From: Styela clava
Lineage: Eukaryota
Reading direction: 5' to 3'
Length of the DNA stretch: 64,000 nucleotides
Assembly: GCF_964204865.1 (NCBI RefSeq)
Contig: NC_135257.1
Coordinates: forward strand, 13,392,001-13,456,000
Shown here: in pieces, positions 12,675 through 25,551 of the stretch
Layout of the letters: each line of letters opens with the position of its first letter
Position numbering within the stretch: the stretch's first letter is position 1
The notes under the pieces: model-generated
The model's database searches: none
The model's input: the letters and a program-made list of their open reading frames with translations, nothing else
Told to the model about the DNA's origin: nothing
Translations under genes and position numbers: made by a program

Positions 12675-13525
12675 CAGTGGTCTTCAAACTTTTTGAGACA
12701 CGACCCCATCTACAATATTATTACGTATGATAAGCACTCGCATCCCGAGTTATATACATATATATGTTCACCTACAGACACGAAAAAAATATTTATCAAA
12801 TTCGGAAATTTATTAAAAGAACCCAACAACAACCATATTTATTCAGTGTGAAGAATGCGACTGCTTCTTTCCAACGAGATCTTGCATTCGTGGCTTAATG
12901 TTGCTTAAGGTCAAACGCAAATCCTGTTCTACGTTTAATCGATTTCGGTGCTTTGATTTAGGCAGACTCATAGCACTAAAAGTCAAGCTTTCAAAAAGAT
13001 TGATCATACGATATTTTTCTTTTATGTTTATCAGCCATTTAATAAATTGTAATTATCAATATGACGGTAGGCTGGAAAATGAGGCTTTGCAGTAAAAGCA
13101 ACGGCCACTGTACAGTACATTTAAGACACAATAACGATTTACTTTAAAATATAAATTACTGTCGTTAAGCAATAGCCTTTTTATAAAAGAAGTCACTCCA
13201 ATTCGAAATATTGAAACTTGCTAGCCTATGTAGCGTTATTCAACTTAACAGTGCAGACTACACGCTGTTGTGTATTTGTGTCATAGAACGCTGTTTTTCA
13301 CACGGACTAAATTTGTGATTATGATGTCATAATTGATTTATCGTAATTGCTCTTGGTATTACCTGCTTGTTATTCATATTTTTGCTTGAAGTATCTAGCG
13401 TTTAGCCGAGAAGTCACACACATAATAAAAATAATAAAAGAAATGACAACGATGGGCACTCGGCACCCCAGAAATATATAAGGCGACCCCACTTGGGGTC
13501 GCGACCCACACTTTGGTGACCACTG
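12675..13525 (-). mobile_element. Non-autonomous hAT (Buster/Charlie-type) element with a transposase C-terminal remnant
   Basis: TIRs CAGTGGTCTTCAAAC / CTTTGGTGACCACTG; perfect 8-bp TSD CCCTAGTT (12667-12674, 13526-13533) with central TA. The minus strand at ~12990-12844 encodes ...FSAMSLPKSKHRNRLNVEQDLRLTLSNIKPRMQDLVGKKQSHSSH*, typical of Buster/ZBED5/SCAND3 transposase C-termini. Confidence 0.9.
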
Positions 13526-15911
13526 CCCTAGTTGATTGTGATATTTCAGAATTATTTTATGCATATTCGCAATGTCTAAAAAAGTTTATACACATACTGT
13601 AGAAATACTATTCAAATCGGAAGAGTGCAATTGACATCCCTATATATCCAAGTCCTAGTACAGACTGTCCGTTACAAGTTTTGCATTCTGTACATATAAT
13701 TGTGCACTTGATGACGTTATATTTTATAAGAAAGCAGTGTGAAATAAGTATTTTTTTGTTTATATTGTCTGGCTATGGGGAACATGCAAAAGAGATCAAT
13801 AGATTCACATTTCCAAGAATATGTATATTCATATGTGCTACATCTACCGTAATTCTTTCCTGTACAAGTATGTAATTTAATCGTATCCCAATTTTCAATG
13901 TTTCATCATTGCAGTGCTATTTCTTAGGGATGGGACGAGATTCGGACTCGAATTTCGAGTCCACGTCATTTTTACTGAGTTCCGATTCAATTCTCTTTTT
14001 ATTGATTGACGCTTGGGTTATGCGAGTTCACCTTCATAAAAGTCAGTATATGCAATATTTGAATGAAAAAATGTGAATCTTCACTTAAGCTCTCTAAAAA
14101 TATTGTACATGTCGTATCACAGGCTCTTATCAGACAAATTTAATTCATTTCATCGCTAATGACCACATACCACATTAACCAATAAATTACTCTTCGCACA
14201 CAAAATAGAAAGTGGAGCACCCCAAGGGAAATTCTATTAACACTATTTCCAAGTACAGCGCGTTCCATTTTGCTGTAAACACCTTTAAATCGGTGTTATG
14301 ATAATTCCTTTTTTGTACTTGCACGTAACGTGAGAGTCATTATATAATCATAGGTGATGAGATAAATAAAGGGGTGAATTTGCAAGCCAAATTTTCCACT
14401 TTGAAAAGCGTTATTATAAAATACTAACTAAAATGAAAAATTATCGTTTTATTTAAAAAAGGAATTTTTTGAGGTTTTACACCATATTAACTAATATTTC
14501 AGTGTAGTGTAGTTTACAGGCTTCAGAAAGCAATGACTTGTACCAACTGTATCATAAAATGACTTGATCACCTGTCTGTGTGTGCAGATGTACATGGGTA
14601 CAATTGAACTGGGTCAAATTTAAATGAGGGAAAATGTCAGCAGGTGCATATGTATGTCTGTGCAAATGTCTGCTGGTGCGAATACCTATGGGTGCAAACA
14701 ATCATGAATGCAAATGTCTGTGAGTGCAATCTTATATGGGTGTTAATGTGTTTGTTCAATTGTCAATGGATGAGAATGTCCGCAGGTACAAAAGTATAGA
14801 ATGTCCGCAGGTACAAAAGTATACAGTTGCTGTTGTTCTAGGTGCAGTTAATGGTACCGATATAAGTATGTGGGTGCAAAGCTTTTTTTTTGGTATAATA
14901 ACCATTTTGGGTAAATGATGTTATTTTGTGATGAAATGTTTAAGAAAATATTACAAAAGATGTACCGTAATATCATTTTTGTTTATACTTGCAAAATATG
15001 TGGCAAAATCTCTATGACATACCGGTAATAGCATGGTGATCATAAAGCTGACCCCTGAAGTAATCAATAAATTTGGGAAGCTCTTTGTTGTTAATTTGAT
15101 TTGTGTATCTAAAAGACTTTAATACTTCCTTGTGCACTTCATGATTATTGCATCTCAGTTGTTGGAATTTTATCTTATACCCAATCTGATATTTTTATTT
15201 TTTATAAATGCAAGATTATGAAAATCTTTTGACTTTCTTATTTTTTTTAAGTCAACTTCTCTACATCTACTTTCAACTATCCTTCTAAAGAAGTATTCAC
15301 ATAAACTTTGAATTTTCAAGTTATTTGTAGCTTCACTATATTCATCCATGATAATGTAGTTGAATATCACCTGCCCACTAAATATTATATTGCCTCGAAA
15401 ATACATATTAAAGTTTGGATATTTTTGCCTATCTCTAGCTAGGAAACTTTTGCCATTTCCAAAACTCATCTTCATATTTTAGCCTACCTATTTCAACTAA
15501 ATAACTTTTGCCACTCCCATATTATCTCATCTCCCATCATTTGCGGGAATATAATTGAAATGACAAATATTGATTTTCTATTTAAATATGTCGCCTGTGA
15601 TAAATACCATTATGGAATTTAAAAAGAAAATATTTTCTCTGACAAACATACACCTTGTTCTATGATTGTGTTGCGTAATCTATTTTCATTTTAAGCTCAA
15701 AAATGTACTTTAATGGTCATTATTCAAGGAAAAACTTTCTACAAATTTGATTATCCGAAGCAATAAATTTTTGAACTTGTTTCAATTATGATAATCATAT
15801 TATTAAACATTAGAGCGCAATTGTGAATACAGTTAAAATAGTAAATTTCACCAAATTTCTGTTTCCTAATTTACGAAAAATGTGGATTATAATGAATTAC
15901 TTTGCTTACAG

Positions 15912-18900
15912 GATAAAGAATATTTGCAAAAGCAGCTCAATGATGCAACAGCTAAATTGGACACCAGTTCTGAATTGTTGAAGAGAACAGAAGATCAGTT
16001 AGAAAATGCAAAGAAAGCTCGAGAAGAATTGTATGAGAAATATGTTTCATCCAGAGATGAAAATAGACTTGAATACGAGAGAAGACTGCAAACAGAATTG
16101 GATAGAATACGGTAAGTTTTTTTATATGACATATTTATGACCCTGAAATCTAACCCCAAATCCATCAAAACTGTATCCATAAAAAAAATATTCCAACTTA
16201 CCCAATATTTTTCACCATCAGGGGCAGCCCTGTCCTTACACCGACCTGCCGTGGTTACGGCACCAAAATTTTACCCGCCATTGGTTTTCAATTTGCTGTC
16301 GCGTTAACGGCAGCTCATCATTGTTTGTGCCAGCTAAAAAGTGAGTTGCCATAAGTTTAGCCATAGCGGCCAGCCATGGTTTGGAAATACCGCCATGGTT
16401 TTGCGGCAGCTTCAGAGGCATTGAAATACTTAAAGCTGCACTTGCAGTATGGAGCACTTTGAGAACTTATGTCCTACCCAATTTATTACACTTTAGCTGA
16501 GGTGCATGGGATTTTAATCTGCGATGCTAAAATAGTTATATTTATCGCTTTAACAACTAGGCCACCACTCCCACTTGAAATCATTATTAATAGAGTATTA
16601 CTGAATCAATTATAGTTAGTCCATAGATGAGAAAAATTTGTATCAATAATTGAATATTAAATACAGAGCATAGCCCAAGATAGTGTGAATTAGAGTAAAC
16701 AGAATATAAAAAAAATGAAATTTAAGTGGACTGAATTTTCAATGTTATCCTGGCGATTTACACCAACCCTAAGTATTTTTAGAAAAATTGATATCAAACA
16801 GCGTAAAAATGCTGTTTTAAGATAGATTGTGGATTGGGAAAAATTTACAATTGACCTTGGTTCCAAGTTTATTAAAAATTTTTACTCCAGCTCTGATTTC
16901 CTAATGAAATAAAATTTTTATAATGAATGTTTGGGCGTGCACCAGCCTTTTTTAATAGACTGTTATGAATTATGACCTCAATTATTATTGTAAAAGGCGG
17001 AAATTCCAACTCTCACGTCTGACTCTGTGGATTTCAAATTTTGCTATAGAAAGTTTTAGAATGCGGCTCTGGGTTTTATTCCAATGAAAACATGTCAAAC
17101 TTTCGACTCTGCAGCGCCGGTTTTTAAGTGTGACTCGTATCTAATAATATACTTTTCCTATTAATTAATATACCAGGATGCAGACTGATACTGAAATTGG
17201 TAAACTTCAGACTGATACGAAAGAATCATATGAAAGAGAGAATCGTGGTTTACGCGAGGCAAGAGATTTGGCCAATCAAGAACGCGATCAGGTATTGTAG
17301 TACTTGGGTAAATTTTCTACTGTTCCGATCATTGATAATTAAGTTTGGCATATATGTTATAAACGTATGGGGAGTGTAGACATTCATTTTCATCACTTGA
17401 TGGATCTAAATTTAGAATATTCCCTTTTCATTGGCTTGACTTGTCCAGAATTGAAACTTGTTTTGGACTTTATTTGAGTATTTTTTTTTAATGTTCATTT
17501 TTTTGCATTGGTTGCCCCTCTTGCCATCTTAATCACCGATCATCGAACCAATATTTTTCCCAAACCCACTATATCGTAATAAATATTTTGCTTGGAGATC
17601 ATTCTCCTTCATTTCTGAGTGAGTGCGTGACCATGTTTCGAGCAAATTTTTTTAATATCCGATTACATAAAAATCCTACTTAATTTTTTCGTGCTTCTGA
17701 TATATCTCAAGTTACTCATCTTGGATGATCATAACCATCTGTAACTGCATAATAGTATTTACTAGGAACAAATGGAATAAATAAAAGCTCAATATCTTTT
17801 GTTAAAAAAATTAAAATTACAATTGATGTTTTTTCCAGGCCGTAAAGTTTAGGGACGAAGCCGAGAAACGAAGTGAGAAGTATCTATCTGAACTCCGAGC
17901 TTTAGAAGCCAGTGTGGATTCTCGAATTAGTGATTTCCAAAATGAAGCTCGGACAAAATCATTTGAACTTGATAGGCTACAAGTGAGTAACATGAATTGG
18001 GTGTTCAATTTAATCAACGTCATGTTTTCCGTTCACAAGACTACCATGTCTAGGTTTTTAAGTAGGTCTTGTTGGACACAAAGTGTGTATTGTGTATATG
18101 TATAAGTTTCTGAAATTGGGACCTATGGTGTAAATGCTTTAAGATGAATAGATGGACATAAAGATGACAGCTTAGATTAATAAACTCAAAATATTATTTT
18201 TCAATTCTGCTTTTAACTTTAATTCAATTTTCCAGAAGTTTCATTTTGTTCTGAGTTAAACCTAAACAATATTTTGAATGTAAAATTGAATCTTACTATT
18301 TTTAGTTAATGTACGAAGAAACAAGCAAAAATCTTCTCAAGTCAAATGAAGATTGCGAAAGATTGAATAAAAAACTGGAGATTGTCACATTGGATTATAC
18401 TGAGTTAGAAAAAAGATCATCAGTCACAGAAACCGAACTCAAATCGGCAATCAGGGAAGCAGAAGCTAGATTGACATCATATGAAAAAATGGAAAAGGTA
18501 ACGAGGCAAATTTATGGCTTGAAATCGAAACATTTTGATGAGGTATGCAAATGATGTGCACCTACAAAACAGATTGGAAATTGATTGCTCAGTCTGGCCT
18601 AAATAATTGGAAAAAGTGGTGAATTTTATGAATTCTTCTTGCAGTTAAATGAACATAGGAAAGTAGTTTGGTATATCAGTGGTTCCTGACCTTTTTCAGC
18701 GCTATTGATCTCCTTGATAATTTTATTAGGTTTGGGTACCCTTCTTAATAAAAACAAGTAGTCTCGGCTTGAAACATTATTTTATCAAAATCGCACAAAG
18801 AAAGCGAAGACACTCAAAATTTAAAGGGTGATATAAGATGTGCTCTGTCAAAAATTCCTTGCATAGTTGAGGTACCCAAGACCAAATATTATTAGTAAAC

Positions 18901-21421
18901 ATGCCATGACAACCTGATTGAAATGAATAAAACCAATCAATCGCCCATATAAACAAGGTTTTGTGTAATTTGTGCATTTTTTTTTCTAGGAACTTGATGA
19001 TGTTGTGATGCAAGCAGCAGAGGTTGAAGAAGATGATGAAACAGCAGAGAGAGTTCTTTTCTCATATGGATATGGTGCTAATGTTCCCATCAATGCAAAA
19101 ATGAGAATGAAACAGAGTGTGCATTTGGCTCGCAGGTGTGTGTTTTTGACAATTCTTGTTTACTATGTGATCAACCAATAAGCCTAATTTGAGCTCTTCT
19201 GTTTTAAAAAAAATTCTAGGTTTCTTGTTTGCAATTGCTACTACACATACCTGTACTTATGTGTCTAGTTTTAATTTAATACATTGCACTGAATATCTAA
19301 ATAATGGTGACATAACATTTTTATAAATGTTCGACTGCGCTAATGCAAATACGGATTGCCGTCTGCAAGTTAGGGTATTGGTGATATCAAATTGATAACA
19401 ATTCTTGAATTATTGGTATTATGTAGCGTTATTTGTCAGAATTTATTTGCCGCTTTTTCAAATTTATTACAATGTCGGTGTTTCAATTTATAATAGAATT
19501 CTGCAACTGGAGAAGTTGAATACAAGCCTACATGCTGAGATACAAATAAAAGAAAGAGAAATGAAGAAGGTTTGTGATCTTTCCAGTTGCCATAACCCAA
19601 TCATGTAAACATCTTCCATGATTTAGTGACTCAAATATATTAATGCCTCGTGGTTTAGAAAATGCAGGTCATATTTTTTTGATACACGAGGCTTATTCGT
19701 TCAATGTACTTTGAACAAGGCGCTACTGATATTTAAAGAGCAACTAATATTTGGAAAAACAGGATTTGTTGTACTTTTGCATTACCTACTCAATCCATTA
19801 CTTTTGGTGAGGTGCATGGAATTTAAACCAAGATGTATAATCTGTGGTGCTGAAAGTATGCCGCTTCAATGATAGGGCATCATGCTCATCTATAATGATG
19901 ATGTATGAAAGGATTGCTTGACTCCCCTCATTGCAAGGTTGTTCACTGCTGCATGCTTGCTTTATTGCATCATAATTACATGTCTGGAAAATAACTATTC
20001 CCATTGATATAAAATTCATACCCTGAAACACTGATACTTTACTTTTGTTACAGATTAGCCTACAGCTGGAAAATGCGGAGAACCTGATTGATCAATGCAA
20101 ACAACCGTACAGTTATCTAATAGAGGGAATGCAACAACGTGACTTGGAAATTTCATCGCTGAAAAAAACTTTGTCCAAACTTGAGAATGATTTTGATGAA
20201 AAAGATAAAGAAAATAAACATGTTGGTTTTTATTTCAAGAACTAGGTTAAGTATGATCACTGAAGTTCTAAGTGTGAAATTCATACCAAATTTTTATCAC
20301 CATGCAGTTGCGAAGGGGTGAATTACCGAATTAGTCACAGACCACTGAAGAGAAGTACTTCTAGAAAAATAATTTTTGCCCAAGGTTGTTTTGAGACTCT
20401 GTATTTTCTGTATCTATGTACTTCTGCAACAAATCACCACTGACATACTTGTATTTCTGCAACGATTCACCACCGACACAGATGTATTTCTCCAACGGTT
20501 CACCACTGACACAGATGTGTGTCTGCAACAATTCACCACTGACACACATGTATTTCTCCAACGGTTCACCACTGACGACACGCATGTATTTCTGCAACAA
20601 ATCACCACTGACACACATGTATTTCTGCAACGATTCACCACTGACACAGATGTGTTTCTGCAACAAATCACCACTGACACACATGTATTTCTGCAACGAT
20701 TCACCACTGACACAGATGTGTTTCTGCAACAAATCACCACTGACACACATGTATTTCTGCAACGATTCACCACTGACACAGATGTGTTTCTGCAACAAAT
20801 CACCACTGACACACATGTATTTCTGCAACGATTCACCACTGACACAGATGTGTTTCTGCAACGATTCACCACCGACACACATGTATTTCTCCAACGGTTC
20901 ACCACTAACACAAATGTATTTCTGCAACAATTCACCAATTACACAAATGTATTTCTGCAGCAATTCACCACTGACACAGTATTTGTGCAACAATTCACCC
21001 CTGACCAGCGAATTTCTCAAATCACATTGATTCAAATAACAACAAATGGGTTATCAATCACACACGCACAACCGCTGAGATGTGAACTTTTCTATCAAAA
21101 AATTTTCTTTTTCAGCTACTTGATGTTCGGAAGAAGTTGTCATTGGATTTGGATAAATTACTCAGTCATAGACAAGAGATGGCTGTAATGCGACAAGTTG
21201 TGAAAGGTTTAACACAGCAGAAGTTTTCCCCTGAAGATGGGAATGTTCTGGCTGCACTCGATTCCAACAAAAATACTAATTTGAAATTGACTTCTCATGA
21301 TGATAGCAGAAGCGATAAACAACTATCAGTTTCAGCACTACGACCTGCACCAGTTGTTTTCACTAAAGAACGAAATCTTAGATTTGATCCGCAACAATAC
21401 AAGAAGTTCAACTCGTCTTAA
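15912..21421 (+). CDS. PIBF1: Progesterone-induced blocking factor 1 (CEP90) homologue, 3' eight exons; 5' part not in window
   Basis: Exons 15912-16111, 17177-17291, 17839-17982, 18306-18497, 18990-19135, 19497-19569, 20054-20221, 21116-21421 splice in frame. Diagnostic peptides DKEYL...[44 protein letters not shown]...[41 protein letters not shown] match the C-terminal half of vertebrate PIBF1. Confidence 0.93.
20414..21002. repeat. 33-bp minisatellite (~18 units, alternating 66-bp dimer) in the last PIBF1 intron
   Basis: Unit ~TTTCTGCAAC(G/A)A(T/A)TCACCACTGACACA(C/G)ATGT(A/G); accounts for the four overlapping 11-aa-repeat ORFs. Confidence 0.95.
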
Positions 21422-22216
21422 CAAGTCTATGTATAACCAAAAGATTTGTAAGTGTTGAAGACCATATCTATGGCCCAGACTTGACAGAATATCAAATTGT
21501 CTTGGCTGGAATTTATTTTTCTAACAGAATTATTTATTGGATATTTTATTATACTTCAAGTTCTTATAAAATAAAATCAATATTGTTGTGATGATAATTG
21601 TTAAAACCAGAGTTGATTGTAATCAAAGTGGTAATTTATCCAAGCAAATATGCTGGGTAACTGTAATGGGACATAATCGGAAAAAGTCTAATTTGTCAGC
21701 TGGATTACGACAGTATTGTAATCAGTAGAGTTGCAGTTTATATATTTTCATAAAGAAAGTGTGGTTTATGCTTATTTAGAGCAGAAGTTTTTACAGCAAA
21801 CATTTGGTGTTATGGAGCACGTGAAGAGATTGAATATTATTTGCAGACCCCCACAATAAATTTATAAAAAAAAAAAAAAACATTGTTGTCCATCTGACCT
21901 TATGGATTTGGTCATATTTGAATTACTGCGTTGTTGCCACATTTAGACACTACTGTTGCCAAATTTTTTCAACGTTGTTATTGCTCTTTTGAACAATTAT
22001 AAAATTAGCCAAGTCAGTATTTATCAATGAGTAACTCGCGGAGCCCCTAGGCTCCGAGCACTTTGAAAACCTATAGTTCAGTTGTAGGGTGTAGGGTATG
22101 AAAGCCGGCTGAAATCTTCTCAGTTATCCAACATACAATACAATTAGTGTAGTTTGATCCGAGTGGAAATGTGGGTTGGAAGTAATGAAAGCTTGCAATT
22201 ATGAATTGTCTACAAT

Positions 22217-24407
22217 CAGGGTTGTCCAAAATGAATCGAATATCATAGTATTCGAATACCTTTTCGGCTGATTTTCGAAAAAATTCGAATAGTAGCCACT
22301 TTTCGCCGTAAACGTGGTGTTTCGTTTTACGGGAATCTTCGAACGACTTTTTACGCTGTCTCACGTATTGTAATGACGATGAAATAGAATCGGCACTTTG
22401 ATTGTTTATATTCTGTGCGATCGTACGTCGCATAGTGTTGCGACACATTTGCACGTTTGCGTGGGTGGACATTGCCGACATTCGTCTACGAGGCTTTTAA
22501 TTTACAAATTCATTTCCTTCACGTCGAAAAATTGACAATTACCGCTTTTCTATGCCCAATTTTTTGGCCTGATTTTTTTTTGGAGGGCGTCTAATTGAGA
22601 AAGTATGTTTATTTTATTTCTATGTGGCCTGCTTATTAGTCTTCTCAAGCATGATTTGTGTAACCTTATATTTGGGTCTTAGGGTCTGCCAATCATGATA
22701 TTTAATCGCAGGCCGGTTATCGTTACTTTAAAGAGAAACATGGCCACCGAGTGAAAGTGATTTGTGACCCTTTCGTTTTGCCGATTCAGCAGAACACGAC
22801 AGGGACAGGAAAACACAGCTGTGAAATAACCCGTGGACGTACAGTGTAGTACTTATCACATTTCAAAATTATTTTAACATTCGGGTTAATAGGTTGTCCA
22901 AAATGATTGCCGCTTTACAACTTAAATTTACCGCTCAATTGTTAAAAATAGTTAATTCTGTGAGTATGATTCTACCAAACTAACATGATCTGGTTCTAAG
23001 CATAAAATTATTAGCGCATATCACAGGGACACATTTTTCTACCAGTCTTATTGGAGGCCTATATGGAAAAAAAACTTTTTTGAGTGCTAAAAATAGACAT
23101 CGTCCTATTTGCCATGTGGACTTATTAGCCGGGAATGACGGTATTTATAGCCGTCATTGTTACGATATCCAATAAATTGGCACAAGTTGGAAAAACAAGT
23201 TGATTTATTAGAAAATAATTTCTGGCAAATAATTCTGATAACGATAGTTAAAAGTATCGATCCTTTACCAGGATGATTTTTTGTTGCGCAAAATAATCCA
23301 ATCCTTGACTTGTACCAGCATTTAAAATGTCATGTCGTATTAATTTAATTCCGTTCAACGTAACTCATTGTTGTATGGACAATCTGTGGACATAAAATGT
23401 GTGGTAAACTGACCGATATTATTAAATATTGATTCCTATTTTCATATTGAGAAAATAATGAAAGTATTAATACCAAATACCACGGGTATTTGTGGACATG
23501 AAATACGTGGTAAACTGCCCAATTATATTTAATTTTGGATTCGTATTTACAAAATAATAGAACTATTATAATTCTAAAATGCAACGGCGATCTGTGGCCT
23601 TAAAATGTGTGGTAAACTGCCCGATTTACCAACATTTGAGTTATGATTATAGAACTAAATTAACACGGTAAGGCATTTTAAATAGTGGTATCGGTCATGG
23701 ATTCGAATATTTTACGCAGCACAAAATCATCCTAGTAAAAAGTCCATACTTTTAAATACAAATCAATGGCAACCATTATCCAAATTAGTTCCCAAAAAGC
23801 GGGATAAAGTATAAATTCTTTCTCCGACTTGTGACAATTTTTTCGTGAGTGCGAAAATAAGAATCAAGAACTAATTATATTCGGCACAATATCACGGCAA
23901 TCTGTGGACATAAATTGTGTGGCAAACTCGCGATTAATATTAATTTTTGATTCCTATTTTTGTATTTACAAAATACAACGGCGATCTGTGGACTTAGAAA
24001 AGTCGGAAAAATAACTTATACTTTATCCCGCTTTTTGGCAAATAGTTTGGATAATGGTTGATATTTAAAAGTATGGGCGTTTTACTAGGATGATTTTGTG
24101 TTGCGCAAATATTCAAATCCATCACCGATACCACTATTGCCGTATTAATTTAATTCTGTTAACATGACTCAAGGTATATAAAATATATAATGCAATAATC
24201 TGCAAATATGAAATGCCTGGTAATATAACTAGGTTGTAACTTGTAGATAGCAGTTATTCCATCGCTTATTGTATGGAAATTCCTACATACATTTAGATAA
24301 GCTTCAATTAGTGAATTTTATTTTCGAAGTATTCGAAATTTCATATTCGAAAAAAATAATTTCGAATGTATTCGAAATAGTGAACTATTCGGTATTGGCC
24401 ATCCCTG
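22217..24407. mobile_element. Non-autonomous hAT-like element, 2.2 kb
   Basis: Imperfect TIRs CAGGGTTGTCCAA / TTGGCCATCCCTG; perfect 8-bp TSD TCTACAAT (22209-22216, 24408-24415); subterminal TTCGAAT repeats; internal inverted repeat ~23650-23830 vs ~23995-24160; no transposase ORF. Confidence 0.88.
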
Positions 24408-25551
24408 TCTACAATTCTGAAGATATGCTCACAATCTCCGATCTTAGCAAAAATTGTATGAAACCAATAATAATAAAAGTTATTCCGTTTACAATAAGTT
24501 ATCTTTCATTCTATACACTAAGCTTAGCAGATACCTTTATAACGGAACTTCAATGCATGAGCCTCCAAAAGATATTTCCCCAAGTTTCTTAGTGCCTATC
24601 CAGCAATTGGTTAAAAATTATTCAAGAAAGCATGGAGCTTCTAATCCATTTTACCCTCATTGGTATAAAACAATTCACGTGTAGTTGTGTATATTTTATC
24701 AAGTGCATGATTGAATCCAAGTAATGATAGAATATAGAAATGCAATTCTTAAGAAAGAAAAAAAAACTTTGATCTGTACTTGTCATCCAGATAAAATACT
24801 CAATTATCAAAGGTTTATCAGTAATAAGCACAAAATATTTATATATTGGAGGTAAAATAGAATAACATTTATCTATATGGTGAATATATTGATGAATATA
24901 TTAGACTGCATTCATGCTAAAGGGAAAATCTCAATTGACTGGCTTGAGAAATAACTGCACTTCAAAGAATATTGGATTTGATACGCAACAGTGACCCACA
25001 TGATGTGGTAGGCAAAATTATAGAAAAGATATAATGAATCACTGGCTTTATTTATGAGGAAAGACTTTCGTTTGAACAGGTCCGTACAGAAGTATACCAT
25101 AATGACATAAAAAAAATTGATAATCAGATGATAACTTGAGACTTGACCTTATCAGCCCATACCGGGGTGTTCGATTCCCACCTCAATAAGTGTTCGAAAT
25201 TTGTTTGTGAAGGCAGGGTTTGGCACCAAGAATCAATGAGTGTTGTCATAAGTGGAGAGTGGGTACTTCAGATAAAAAATTGGGCTGGTGCTGATACTTG
25301 TAATTTGGGGCAGGTTTAAACAACATGCTTTACTTAGTTGCTTCATTCAAAATTCTCGGAAGCACGTAAAATACAGTTGGAGCGCTAAAATAATGTCCAA
25401 AATGCACTTTTTAAAAGTATTAATGCATTTTCTAATATATAATAAGAAACTGAACGCATCATTTCAGAAGAAAATGAAACCGGAAAAGATTAAGATAATG
25501 AAACCTGGGAAGACCCAAATCAGACACCCTAGCATACATAGCTCACACATA

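Larger units (their letters stand above)
1..13920. repeat. Tandem segmental duplication array, ~2.6-kb unit (lipocalin gene plus conserved upstream block)
   Basis: The block 'cggaag(t/a)gt(g/t)caattgaca(t)cc...ggaagaggaggc...atagattcacatt' recurs at ~133, 2677, 4867, 7472, 10201 and 13618. Position 1 matches sequence ~70 bp upstream of an ATG, so the array continues left of the window. Confidence 0.9.

Noticed and set aside
163-13875. Plus-strand 'MQLTS...' ORFs and similar short ORFs in the array spacers
   Set aside because: Non-ATG starts, and frame and length are not conserved between copies; they lie in non-coding upstream blocks or introns.
14560-15475. ORFs 14724-14918 and 15170-15475 as missing PIBF1 exons or separate genes
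   Set aside because: No similarity to PIBF1 recognised; 14560-14880 is a degenerate GTGCAAATGTC-type repeat.
20361-21188. Four long overlapping repeat ORFs (174-270 aa, Cys/Thr-rich)
   Set aside because: A by-product of a stop-free 33-bp minisatellite inside a PIBF1 intron; open in several frames on both strands with no gene context.
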